A stretch of 64,000 nucleotides of DNA, from assembly GCA_030390025.1 (NCBI GenBank), contig CM059431.1, positions 114,702,001 to 114,766,000 on the forward strand. Reading direction: 5' to 3'. The translations under genes and the position numbers were made by a program. The stretch is from Squalus acanthias. Lineage: Eukaryota. This document shows, piece after piece, positions 1 through 12,630 of the stretch (the first letter of the stretch is position 1; every line of letters starts with the position of its first letter). A model generated the notes under the pieces. The model was not told where the DNA came from. It worked only from the letters and a program-made list of their open reading frames with translations, and made no database searches.

Positions 1-59
1 GGGAGAGAGTGAAGGTGTGGGAAATGAAGATGCCGTCAGATGAGGGAAACGTCATTTCT

Positions 60-350
60 TAAAAAGCCTATCCTTGAATCTTGCACCCTCTTCAATTACT
101 GCCACACCTCCAATTTCCTTTCCTTTCTCAAGGTTCTGAAATGAGTCGCCACCTCCTAACTATGTGACCACTACTACATGATGGAATGCCTTCAGTCTGC
201 GATTCATCCCATTAACTACTGAGACCGCCTTCATCAGTCACCAACATTCTGTCTGACTGTGACCATGGACTTTAACCCTATTTACCCTCCTTGACCTTTC
301 TGTGGTTACCACCATGGTCAATCAGTCTACTGCCTCTCCTGATTGACTGA
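60..350 (+). mobile_element. Old L2-clade LINE RT fragment
   Basis: Decayed nucleotide match to the FQSGFR..STETAL..VTNDI..LLDLSAAFD region (ttcagtctg...actgagaccgcc...cttgacctttctg). Confidence 0.5.
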
Positions 351-399
351 TCACTTTGACAAACATCTTCATTCCATCCACAAGCATGATCCTGACATC

Positions 400-830
400 T
401 CGGTGGCTACGCATTTCAACTCTCCCTCCCATTCTGGACTTTTTCATCGTTGGCCTTCCATACTGTTCAGGTTCAGTGAAACTTCAAGAGCATGATATCA
501 TCTTCCTCGTGAGTATTATGCAGTTCTATGATTTGAACACTACATTTGGAAAGTTCAGCCCTTAGCTATCACTGCTAGTTTCATGCTAGTCTCTCCCATT
601 TACATTCTGCTTTGCTCCAGTCTGCCTTATTAAGCTTTTGTTTTTCTAATGCCTTTTCACAGCCTGACTGAGAAGACCGTTGTACATCATCCAAGTAAAA
701 AGCAATCTGAACCAAAAACGGAAAATGCTGCAAACACACAGCAGGTCAGTCAGCATCTGTGGAGAGAACAGACAAGCTGATGTTTCAGGCACAGAGCCTT
801 CCTCAGAACTGGAACATAAGAATTGACAAG
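400..830. mobile_element. Penelope-like element remnants (GIY-YIG C-terminal piece on +, terminal-repeat piece on -)
   Basis: 400-560 resembles 10300-10460 of the larger element. 710-812 resembles its terminal repeat (aatgctg...cagcaggtcag.cagcatctgtggagaga). Confidence 0.6.
775..810 (-). ncRNA. Minimal type I hammerhead ribozyme-like motif in a Penelope terminal repeat
   Basis: Minus strand: AGTT CTGAGGA AGGC tctgt GCCT GAAA C ATC AGCT. Core CUGANGA/GAAA with stem II and a short stem I. Confidence 0.55.
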
Positions 831-1199
831 CATATTAATACAATCAGAAAAAAGGAAATGTGGGTGGGGGAGGAATATATCAAAAAAAAGAAAAACCCAG
901 AAAGCAAGCATGAGTGGAATGATCAACTCAGTTATGTAATGGATAGAAATATTAACACATTAAAGAAAAAAAGGATGTGTAAATAGATAAGGCCTAGATT
1001 ATGGGACATGTTTTCTGTTTCTTTATGTGTACTATTTAATTTGAAGACATTGTGTACATCTCAAGACAATAAATGGTTTCCTTGATTTATCCTGGAGAGG
1101 TGAGCTTCTCTGTCATATTATTGACATGGGGTAGTTTGGAGTGGTTTTCATTGTGGCAGAAGGTAAGGAACAACAGAAATATCAAAGTTGCTTGCAGCA

Positions 1200-1690
1200 C
1201 TAACTCCATAAACTTAAGCTCATCCAAGACTCAGCTGCCCGTATCCTAACTTGTGCACAAGTCCCGTTCACCCATCACCCCTGTGCTCGCTGACCTACAT
1301 TGGCTCCCGGTTGAGCAACACCAGATTTTAAAATTCTCATCCTGGTTTTCAAATCCCTCCATGGTCTCACCCCTCCCTACCTCTGTAATCTCCTCCAACC
1401 TACAACCCTCCGAGATATCTGCGCATCCCCAATTTTAAATCGCTCCACCATTGGCGACCGTGCTTTCAGCTGCCAAGGCCCTAAGCTCCGCAATTCCCTC
1501 CCTAAACTTTTCCGCCTCTCTACCTCTCTTTCCTCCTTTAAGGCGCGTCTTAAAAGCTATCTTTTCGACCAAGCTTTTGGCCATCTGCCAGACCATCTCA
1601 TGTGGCTCGGTATCAAATTTTGTTTGATAACGCTGTGTGTGAAGCACTGTGGGACATTTTACTACGTTAAAGGTGCTATATAAAAGCAAA
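1200..1690 (+). mobile_element. L2-clade LINE 3' fragment
   Basis: Decayed ...KLIQNSAARIL...SPITPVLADLHWLPV...KI... coding remnant and tail gtgaagc..tgggacattttactacgttaaaggtgctatataaa. Similar to copies at 6900-7445 and 26140-26740. Confidence 0.85.
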
Positions 1691-1929
1691 ATGGTGTGAA
1701 ACATGACAGTTATACTTTACTAAATATAAACAAACAAAATGCAGTCACAGCAAAAACATTGCTGGTGTAGTGACTGTTAACAGTACATATGTATCAGCAT
1801 TATGCTTTTCTTCAAAATCAAATTAAAAGGACCATTATCTCCATAAACAAACTTCCCATTTTGGAGGGAAGGCGGCGATAGCTTTGCCCTTATTGATTTG
1901 CTTTCTACACAATAGCACTGTCTAAGTGT

Positions 1930-2910
1930 CTTCTTAGGCAGTCCCTCGGAACCGAAGATGACTTGCTTCCACATTAAAAATGAGTTGTCAGGTGACTGAT
2001 GAGTCCAATGCAGGACCTACAGTCTGTCACAGGTGGGGCAGATGGTGGTTGAAGGGGCGGGTGCTTGGGTTGACGTGCGCTCCTTCTGCTGTTTGCGCTT
2101 GGCTTCCGCTTGCTCCCGGCGAAGAGATTCGAGGTATTCGGCGCCTTCCTGGATGCTTCTCCTCCACTTTGTGCGGTCTTGGGCCAAGGATTCCCAGCTG
2201 TTGGTGGGGATGTTGCACTTTTTCAAGGAGGCTTTGAGGGTGTCCTTGAAGCATTTCCTCTGCCCACCTGGGGCTCTCTTGCCACGTCGGAGCTCCGAGT
2301 AGAGCGCTTGTTTTGGGAGTCTCGTATCGGGCATGCGGACGATGTGACCCGTCCATCGGAGCTGATCGAGCGTGGTCAAAGCTTCGATGCTGGGGATGTC
2401 GGCCTGAGCGAGAACACTGACGTTGGTGCGCCTATCCTGCCAATGGATTTGCAGGATCTTGCGGAGGCAGCGTTGGTGGTACCTCTCCAGTGCTTTGAGG
2501 TGCCTGCTGTACATGGTCCATGTCTCTGAGGCATACAGAAGGGTGGGTATTACTACTGCTCTGTAGACCATGACCTTGGTGCTGGGTTTGAGGTCCTGGT
2601 CTTCAAACACTCTCTTCTTCAGGCGACCGAAGGCTGCACTGGCACACTGAAGGCGGTGTTGGACTTTGTCATCGACGTCTGCCCTTGTTGACAGTAGGCT
2701 CCCGAGGTATGGAAAGTGGTCCACGTTGTCCATGGCCTTGTCATGGATTTTGATAATCGGGGGGCAGTACTGTGTGGCGGGGGCAGGTTGGTAGAGGATC
2801 TTTGTCTTATGGATGTTTAGTGTAAGGCCTATGCTCTCTTATGCTTCGGTGAAGGTGTTAACGATGGTTTGGAGTTCGACCTCCGAGTGTGCGCAGACGC
2901 AACATGTCCG
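1930..2910 (-). mobile_element. 5'-truncated RTE-clade LINE with 24-bp TSD
   Basis: ORF 2017..2733 (FPYLGS...YRAVVIPTLLYASETW...QLRWTGHIVRM..RLPKQALYSEL...GGQRK) is the RTE RT C-terminus. Short aag tail. Perfect direct repeat tacacaatagcactgtctaagtgt at 1906-1929 and 2911-2934. Confidence 0.93.
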
Positions 2911-3200
2911 TACACAATAGCACTGTCTAAGTGTACCAACAAATTGAGCCACAAACCTTTAGTGCACAAGTTCACACTTATGATGGGCTGCTCAGTGAGG
3001 TCTGAGTTTAGCTGAACTGTGATGGGGAAGTCGATCATTGGACCATAGCAAGGGAGGGAAAATGGAGTCACCCAGGCTGCCCTTGTATACAAATCAACAC
3101 CAGTATCCACAGGTGGTTTGGGAAAAGCCTACCTTTCCACCTGGAGAGTGCAATATGACCCAGAGACCTTCCAGCAGATGAAAATCACATGTAAAATAAT

Positions 3201-3878
3201 GGCCCAGAATTTGCTGGTAAAATAGCAAGTTTAATGTACTCACCAGTATTAGTGTATAAATAATCCAGCATTTGCAAGTTGCAAATTGCTGGATGAATCG
3301 CTAACCTCACGAAAACAGCAGCTCGCTGTTGAAACTCATGGGGAGGTTAAGAAATTGCTGCATTTGCACAGTAAATATGAATTAAACTCACCACGAAGTT
3401 AGGGCTAGTACTTAATGATGCAAGGACCCTTTTAATGACAGCATTTTTGTTTCTGCAATGCCACGCAACCTCTCCGGCCCAGAAAGGGAATAATTGAAAT
3501 ATGTGGAGTCTCAATCATGCAGGTAGTTAATTGCTCTTGGGATTTTTAAATTTGATTTTCTTACTTTTCCTGTGTCTTTTTTCTCTCTTAATCCAATCTT
3601 TCTGTCACTCGATTTCTCTTTCTGTACCTGATTTGACTCCAATTCACCTCATTTCCTTCTCCGTCATTCCTTTGTTTCTTTCTCTATCCTTAAATCTTAT
3701 TGGTTAAGGAGATAGACTATTGCTCCCATAGTTCACGAAGGTCCCAGATGCCCCATTGACCTCGTTATCAGCTCGCACTCCCAGCAATTTGCGACGCAAA
3801 AGATTTGAGGTGAAGGGGCAAGAAAAAATATCCAACGAGGCATTCCGTGAGATGTCCCACTCCAGCAAATTCTGGGCT
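3201..3878. mobile_element. Non-autonomous DNA transposon (MITE-like)
   Basis: Perfect 16-bp terminal inverted repeat gcccagaatttgctgg (3202-3217) / ccagcaaattctgggc (3862-3877), with aat on both flanks. No transposase ORF. Confidence 0.8.
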
Positions 3879-6369
3879 AATATTTGCATATATTTAACAC
3901 AAGGGAAAATAAACACTATACATAAATTGGTACCTGATCATGGAACAGACAGTATGCTACAGTAAATTAGGTTTCAGTTTTTTACATATATAAACTGCTG
4001 CCTCCAATAATAAGAATCAACCCCTCATCTGCTCCACTAAAGAAACCTTATTGTTTCAGTATTTATTACAAATTATCATGGCACTCTTAACTCTGGTTAG
4101 AGCCCTTGCAGTCGCGAAGGCACAAGAGAATTCTCCAGATAATACTCTATAGACAGAGGGAAGGTCATCCAGTGAACATTATACAGTTACAGTAATGTTT
4201 ATTTTTCAATTTCAGTAACATTGTGTAACACTGCTACTACCATAAAATGGAAAGCAAGGTAGACAAGTCTGGTGAGGCGACATTTAATTAATTTTATTTT
4301 ATTTGAGCGCACATTAAAACAAACATATCCTCTTAGCCCTAACAAGGAGATATATGAGGATGTAAATCTCCCAGCGAAAATGTGCTCATTATCCAAGACA
4401 GAAGTGATCTATGAGTTAATGACAGAACAGTCACTACTGATGCCTACCAGCACTTCATACTTCCAATTTCTGGTAATTAAGTCATGACATCCTTGTTAGG
4501 ATCTCTAATTGCAGCTAGCTAATTAAACCAACTGACATTTTGTGCTGAAATGAGGGCTGAGGGAAGTCAGAATAGTAGGGATTTTAAGCATGAGTTTTAA
4601 TTATGACTTCCCCTGAACAATCAGATAGTACTAGTTGAAGTCTATGTAAAACATGAGCACAGGTACGGTGCAATGAAAGCCTTTTAATAGGAACAACCTT
4701 GCAGTGTGCAAAACACTTCTTTTGCCAAATAGTTTCTATCAAGCAAACGGCACTATTAGTAAGTTTATTAAAGAACAAGTGTCAAAGAATAAATTAGCCC
4801 ATGTCTGTAGCTTTGTTAAAATCACAAGTGGGTGTAAAACACCCCGACATTATCCATTGTAAAAATGTCCAAGATCTTGCACCAGGGTTGGTAAACAAAA
4901 AGGAGTACAGTGATGTCATGTGATAATATTGTATCATTTAATAAATGTTTTAGAAAGTCATAAGTGTTGGTTTCTCTGAACACAGAATGATTATATAAAA
5001 TTGAAGGATAAAATACCTCTGGAAATTATTTGCATACACCAGATGAATATATTCTATATAAATAAATAGCTATATGTAACTTATTTGCATGTACCGACAG
5101 TAAGCAGGCAAAAGACAACATAAACAGTATCCTATCATCTTTGATTAAAACTGATACTCGTGGAATACTCTTGGACCTTATTTGACATGGGTATACCAAT
5201 CTGCCACCAGGCTAAGTGAGCAAATTAACAGTATAAATTCTGGGAGGCACTTCACAGACGGTGGTCTCTGGAAATTCAAACCAGAAAAGCATCGGTACAA
5301 AAGGAGCTTTAGCTTCACTTCTGCTGTGTTTGTGTTACCTGCATGTGTGGGAAAAAAAAGATTGTGGTGCATTTGATGGCTTGTCAATAAAAGCACCAGT
5401 ACAGACAGATTTGATGGGCCAAATGATCCATTTCTGTCTAGGGGGCGAGCACCTCATTAAGAGTTTCCAGGTTGCAAAGGAACCACTAAAAGAAACAGGA
5501 TTTTCATTACCCATTGGTTGTTACTTTTATCAAACATGGACAGCAATCCAGGTCAGCAAATCCTTGCGATATGGTGCTTCCATAGTTTGTGTGCCAGATT
5601 TAGCCGAGTCCCATTTACAAAAGTGGGAGGAAAGAAAATAGAGAATAAGCAAAAGAAATGATGGGAGAGGAAATGAAGTACCACAACTGTAATGTTTTGG
5701 TTAAAAAAAGTCAGGAGCTAGGAACCCAAATGTATGCATAAAGATTCAGCACTGGTATCCTGTACACCTTTCTGGGATAATGTGGAATGTTGAGGTTCAG
5801 TTGTAATGGCTTTTGTTGTCTTGAAATAAGGTGATTTTATTCCACTTACCCGAGCTAAATTAGAAATTCAAAAGGCAGGACGTCATACTTTTAATACAGT
5901 ACATCTCACACCTGTGCTCATTTGTAATGACTGGATTATTGAAATAAAAGTTTTTATATTAAACGAAGGCACCAAGATCCAACCAATTTCAGCACCATCT
6001 GTGGCTATCAGCCATTTTTATTTATTTAATTTTTTTTAACCGTTTTTTCCCCCCATATACACAGCTTGGTGGGGTGTCCTGCACATGTACCAATCATTCC
6101 CGAGGTATGCAGACAGTCTGCTTTTATCTACTTGTCCACATTTGTTGGTGAAAATTGGTACAGATGACTTTGTGTAAGAAGTTTACATGCTTTCTCATGA
6201 CATGGTTTAATCTAGACCACGTTATAAAACAGGTTTTATAATATTTGCGGATACATACAATACAGGTCATAGTGATATAGTTCTACATATTAAGCTGATG
6301 AATGCTTAGTGATGGTACCAAGTGAGGTGTAGGACTTGGCTGAGCCATGATACCACAGTCTCCAGTAAA

Positions 6370-7445
6370 ACCATTACTTATCCAATCGTACCCAGAGCAT
6401 CTCCAGCAATGGCTTCTCTTCCCACCCACCGCAACGTTATCTCTGGTGTCCTCTATCTGTAGCCCCCTCCTCTTCCTCATCTACATGCTGCCCATTGGCG
6501 ACACCATTCAAAGATATGGGATCGGGTTTTACATGTATGCTGATGAGACCGAACTCTACGCCTACCATTTTTCTCGACCTTTCCAGTGCCTCTGTGTTGT
6601 CGGATTGCTCATCCCGCATGTATTCTGGATAAGCCACAATTTCCTCCAGTTAAAGATTCGGGAGACCAAAGCCATTGTCTTCAGCCTGTCACAAACTCCA
6701 TACCCTCACCACCTAATCTAACTCCCTCTTTCCGCCCCTTGTCGATTGAACCAATGTACACAACTTCAGCATCCCATTTGACCCCAATCTGAGCGCCTGA
6801 CCCATATCCTTTCCAACACCAAGACCGCCTACTTCCAACTCCATAACATCCATCTCTGCCCCGGTCTCAGCCCACCTGCAGCTGAAACCCTCATCCATGC
6901 TTTTGTCACCCTCCAAACTTGATTATTCCAATTTTCTGGCCAGTCACCCATCCTCTCAATTCCGTAATTTTCAGCTCATCCAAAACTTAGCTGCGCGTAT
7001 CCTATTCCGCACTAAGTCCCACTCACCAATCATCCATTTCCTCATCCATTTCCTCACTGGCCTACATTGGCTCCCGGACCCCCACTGCCTCAAAAGGTAA
7101 AATTTTCATCCTCGTGTTTAAATCCCTTAATTGCCATGCACCTCCCCATGTCTAAGCTTCCCCAGCCCTACAACCCTGAGAATGTTCCTCCAACTCTGGC
7201 CTCTTGTGCACTCCTTTCGCCTCACCATTGGTGGTCATGCCTTCAGCTGTCTCGGCCCTCTGCTCTAGAATTCCCTCCCTAAACCTCTTGCCACCATCCC
7301 ATCCTTTAAGAACTTCCTTAATACGTCACCCTTCCTAATATCTCCTTCTTTGGCATGGCATTGATTTTTGTCTGATTATGATTTTATGAAGCACCTTGGG
7401 ACATTTTACTACATTGAAGGCGCTATATAAATGCAAGTTGTTTTT
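6370..7445 (+). mobile_element. L2-clade LINE RT and 3' fragment
   Basis: PLLFLIYMLPIG...GFYMYADETELY (YADD variant), NFLQLK...TKAIVF, LQLIQNLAARIL, LHWLP, and the L2 tail. Confidence 0.85.
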
Positions 7446-8757
7446 TGTTGTAAATCGATTTACATACTTGATGTATCACAAGGAACTTGGAAAGAGTAAC
7501 ATTTTGTGAAATTATCTAATTGCCCTATGAAATAAATGATATTTATGCTGCTATCCAATTGTATTGAAAACCTGAACACAGATCTAACATTGTCTAGGAG
7601 CAGTGACATTTGGCTCACAATGCAATGGACCTGGCACTGCCATCTTTTAAGCTTCTATTCTCTGTTCCTGACTTATTTACTTCATTATTTATTTATTATT
7701 ATTATTTATTTATTTTATTTATTTTTTAAGTATTTTGTTCCAGTTCTGCTACTGAACAATCATCATCAAGATTCTAGTTCTTTGTATAAAAATAGTTCTC
7801 TTAACTTTGTGCTCCAATGGGGTGCCTTACCTGCCAAGGTCACATCACGTTATGGAGCCAGAGGGGTGGGACGGAAGTTGGACAGTGACAAACAGGTCGC
7901 TGTGCCCACTGAAAACCTCTCCTTCCCAGAACTGAGGTCAGTACCGTTAAAAATCAACTTGAAGGACTTTGGACAAGGAGTCACAGTAGGCCCAAATGGC
8001 TATTCTGGAGCAGGATGGAGGGCAGGTGAGTTAGTGAAGTGAATCCAGGGTTGTGTTGAGGCCCGAAGTGTCCTTCCCTCCCATCAGTCATACCTGGGCA
8101 CTGCCTCTACAGCTTTGATTCATTGACTTTCCCAGTAACTACACTTCAAAAGTACTTCATTGGTTGTGAAGTACTTTGAGACATCCTGAGGTGGTGATGG
8201 GCACTATATAAATGCAAGCTCTTGCTTTCTTTCTCCCAATTTAGCTTCGAGTCCAAGTTCTTGCTCAAGATAGGGATGCCTTCACTGGGGCAGTGCACAC
8301 CAGGAGCAACAGCGGGACCAGGCTTCCCATCAATGGCTCCTCATCCCTCTGTCTTGTGTTGCATGATGTGCAGCAGGTGTACAATCCAGGAATCCCTGCA
8401 GACTGCACAATAGTAGCTCTTGTTCTTAGGTGGGGGTCTGAGGGTGGGGAGATCATTTGCCTAGCCTCTCCTTTTCCCTGAAGCTCCTACAGAAAGAGAA
8501 ATTATTTTTTAGAGCTCCTATGGGGCAAAATAGTAAATGATTCTGCACTACTTGGGGTCTAGTGATGCAGACGGCTGTTGCAACAACACTGCCATTACCT
8601 AATAGGGAGCCATTAAAGAACTGGTGGCCTGACAGGGATATTTAAAAATAATATTTTTACAGAGCATCTGAGCAATGCTGGAGAAGCTCTCCCAATGCAG
8701 GACAAAGAACATTAAATACATCCAAAATCGATACGATCTCAATGCAAGATAAAATAT

Positions 8758-10885
8758 TAATACAAAAGCAAAATACTGCAGATGCTGGAAATCTGAAATA
8801 AAAACAGCGAATGCTGGAAATACTCAGCAGGGTCAGGCAGCATCTGTGGAGAGAGAAACAGAGTTAACGATTCAGTTTGATGACCTTTTGTCAGAACTGG
8901 AAAAAGTTGAGAGATATAACAGGTTTGAAGCAAGTGCAGAGGCAGGGAAAGGGGGGAGGGGAGGAAAGAACAAAAGGGAAGGTCTGTGATAGGGTGGAAG
9001 GCAGGAGTGATTAAATGACAAAAGGTATGATTGTACAAAGCAAAAGGAGATGGGAATGGGACAAGTAAAGAAACAAAAGTTGGGTCTAGAAGAGGTGGAA
9101 ATGGGAACAGCAGAATCATCAACAGCTACCATCTGAAAAAATGGAGAGGTCCACATGGGGACATCCAATCCCTCAAAACCTCAACCCCCCACCAGGATGG
9201 CCTGAGGGCGCTCCGCTTCTTCCTTGAACAGAAGCTCAACCAGTCCCCATCCACCACCACCACCCTCCTCCGCCTGGCTGAACTTGTTCTCACATTGAAC
9301 AACTTTCTCCTTTGACTCCACTCACTTCCTCCAAATAAAAGGTGTTGCTATGGGAACCAGCATGGGTCCTAGCTATGCCTGCCTTTTTGTGGGATATGTG
9401 GAACATTTTCTTCCAGTCCTACTCGGGTCCCCTCCCTCACCTCTTTTTCTGGTACATTGATGACGGTATCAGGGCCGTTTCCTGCTCTCATCCTGAACTG
9501 GAAAATTTTATTCACTGCTTCCAATTTCAACTCTTCCCTCGCCTTCACATAATCCATCTCGAACTCTTCCCTTCCACAACTTCTCTATCTTCATTTCTGG
9601 GGATAGGCTATCGACCAACATCCACTATAAGTCCACTGACTCCACTTCCTCCCACCCCACTTCCTGGAAAGACTCTTCCATTCTCCCAGTGTCTCCGTCG
9701 CATCTATTCGGACGATGCCACCTTCTATACTAGCGCTTCCGTATATGTTTTCCTTTTTCCTCAACTGAGAAATCCCCTCTACTGTGGTTGACATGGCCTT
9801 CACCTGTGTCCGTTCCATTTCCCGCACTTCTGCTCTCACCACCACGATAGGGTTCCCCTTGTCCTCACCTTTCACCCCACCAGCCTCCACATTCAACAGA
9901 TCATCCTCCGCCATTTCCACCACCTCCAGTGTGATCCCACCACCAATCACATCTTCCTCCTCCCCTTTCAGCATTCCGAAGGGATCGTTCCCTCTGTGAC
10001 ACGCAGGTCCACTCCTCAAATCACCCCCAGCACCCCCTCCCCTTCTCACGGCACCTTCCTGTGCAAGTGCAGGAGATGCAACACCTGCCCTTTTACCTCC
10101 TCCCTTCCCACTGTCCAGGACCCCAAATACTCCTTCCAGGTGAAACAGTGATTTACTTGTACTTCTTGCAATTTAGTATACTGTATTCGCTGCTCACGAT
10201 GCGGTCTCCTCTACATTGGGGAGACCAAACGCAGATTTGGTGACCGCTTTGTGGAACACCTCCGTTCAGTCCGCAAGCGTGACTGAGTTTCCGGTCACTT
10301 GTCATTTTAATTCTCTGCTCCACTCCCACTCTGACCTCTCTGTCCTCAGCCTCCTACACTGTTCCAATGAAGCTCAGTGTAAGCTCGAGGAACAGCACCT
10401 CAGCTTTCGATTAGGCACTTTACAGCCTTCTGGACTCGACCTCAAGTTCAACAATTTTAGATCATAACCTGTTTCCCTTCTTCCCCCCAGATGGCAGCTG
10501 TTGATTCTGCTATTCCCATTTACACCTCTTCTAGACCCTCTTTTGTTTCTTTACTTGTTCCATTAGCATACCCTTTTGCCTTGTACAGTCATACCTTTTG
10601 TCATTTAATCTCTTCTGCTTTCCACCCTATCACAGACCTTCCCCTTTGTTCTTTCCTCCCCTCCCCATTTCCCTGCTGCTGCACTTCCTCCTTTCCCTGC
10701 CTCTGCACTTCCCCCTTTCCCTGCCTCTGCACTTCTCCCTTTCCCTGCACTTGCTTAAAACCTTGTTATATCTCTAACTTTTTCCAGTTCTGATGAAAGG
10801 ACATCGACCTGAAACATCACCTCTGTTTCTCTCTCCACAGATGCTGCCTGACCTGTGTGTTTCCAGCATTTTCTGCTTTTATTAT
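8758..10885 (+). mobile_element. Penelope-like element with inverted terminal repeats and 12-bp TSD
   Basis: Frameshifted RT (LLRLAELVLTLNNF, G.AMG, YIDD) and GIY-YIG remnants (YIGETKR, HFNS, EEQHL.FRLGTLQPSGL) at 9150-10467. 8760-9135 is the reverse complement of 10490-10885. aagataaaatat at 8746-8757 and 10886-10897. Confidence 0.9.
10668..10752 (+). repeat. 24-bp tandem repeat (about 3.5 units, tttccctgcctctgcacttccccc)
   Basis: Visible repeats; translates as repeated SPFPCLCT. Confidence 0.8.
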
Positions 10886-11780
10886 AAGATAAAATATAGC
10901 AGCTATTTGTTATGTGGCTCGATGTCATATTCAGTTTGATAACCTTGGGGTTTTTACTGCGTTAAGTGTTATATAAATGCAAGTTGTTGTTGTGTCATAT
11001 AGCGAGGCACTTTTAATGTTAAAAACACCCATCAGCACCACCTCCAGACATAACAAGTAGTGCAGGTAATTATAATGAGTTTTCAATGAAATACACACCC
11101 ATGTAACCAATTTAATATACTATAAATAGATGGAGAGCCAAGTGAAAACCAAAGTGTCAGCACACAAACATCACGTTTGCTCTCATTGGTCGTAAGATTA
11201 GTGCTGCATGCTTCTTTTAATTAAATATTATAAGGAGACAACATTTCAACCAAATGAATGAACCTTGCTGTAAATTGTCGGATACGTTTTTTTTTCGTGG
11301 AGTTGGACATAATGGTTGCGAATAATTCCCTCATGTGGTTTATGATTTGAACCAGTTTTGTTTGGTAGCACCTTAGTTTTGCAAGCCAATCATGATTTCT
11401 GCTTAGTATTTTTATTTTATTGATAAATAGCATTTTAATTTACTGTGAGCACCAAAATACTGGAAAAGCACCAAGTAAAGTGCCGAAGACAAGATTTTCA
11501 GGTGGAGGGAGCAAGCCCCACGATCCCAGTGGAAATTTATCTCCTGCCAATAGTACATATGTAACCCGAGAAATTCCTGAATGAACCACTGCTTCAAATG
11601 ACTCCACTTGTTCCCTCTGCTTTACAAATGATTGAATGTTGTAAGTATATGTATAAATACAGGTATTCATAAACAAGCTCATTCAGCTTTCATTTAACTA
11701 TTTACTTTCCATGACGTATGCCTATATTCAGGGCTACTTTGAGTCACCAACTTTTGCTAGTTTGCAAGGTTGGACTGAAA

Positions 11781-12470
11781 TGACCTGGATTTTGCGGGGG
11801 TTTTTGGCGGCGAACTGGGAATGCTGTGGAACCCCCCAGAGCCGACAATCAGTGAAATCACGTGATCGGACGAAAATTTAAGCTTTTCCGCGCTAATATC
11901 AGTTAAACTCCCCATTAAGTGTTAAGCCTTGTTGGAATAATTGTAAACTGGGGTTTTAAACAGCGTATTGACTGATAAACCACCATTCTGGCCCTGAAAA
12001 ACTAATTTTATATTGGCAGAATGTCAAATTTCCCCATTATGATAATTACTAGATTTTTAAAAATATATTTTTTTAAAAGTGCATTCACGATATTTCAGCT
12101 TCTATCTTAACCCCCATGTGTACATCCCAATCTTAATTTCACTAACATTTTTTAAAATGTGCAGATAATCAGTGCTATTTTATTTCCTGGTTTGCTGTCT
12201 GAGAGAATTCTTGAATGTGATTGGCTGTTTAGACAGCTTGATAACGTTACTGCTGCACTACGCTAGGAATCCCCTTTTCACAGCGCTACAATCAATTGCA
12301 CATAGAGAAAGGTAAAGTTCTCGCCACAGAATATTGAAAATGTTCCGAGAGCCTGTCTGGCCCTTCCTTCTCAGAACCACATGCACCTGCATGAGACATC
12401 TCTGTGGGCAGCTTTGAGAGGTCAGCAGCGATTGCAGACGCTTCGCCTCTGATCACAAATTGTGGGCCAT
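11781..12470. mobile_element. Degenerate MITE-like element, possibly related to 3201-3878
   Basis: Imperfect TIR gacctggattttgcg / cacaaattgtgggcc. Internal motifs (ggccc.gaaaa, gattgg) resemble the 3201 element. Confidence 0.45.
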
Positions 12471-12630
12471 GTTTTGTAATGTTACTTCTCTCTCCTCCTT
12501 CCTGCAAGTTCAGCTTCTATCTTAACCCCCATGTGTACATCCCAATCTTAATTTCACTAACATTTTTAAAACGTGCAGATAATCAGTGCTATTTTATTTC
12601 CTGGTTTGCTGTCTGAGAGAATTCTTGAAT
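12094..12630 (+). repeat. About 122-bp direct duplication (12094-12216 and 12509-12630)
   Basis: The copies differ by one T-run indel and one T/C substitution. Confidence 0.9.

Noticed and set aside
7536..8042. 168-aa ORF with hydrophobic stretch
   Set aside because: The hydrophobic part comes from an (attt)n low-complexity tract. No recognisable domain.
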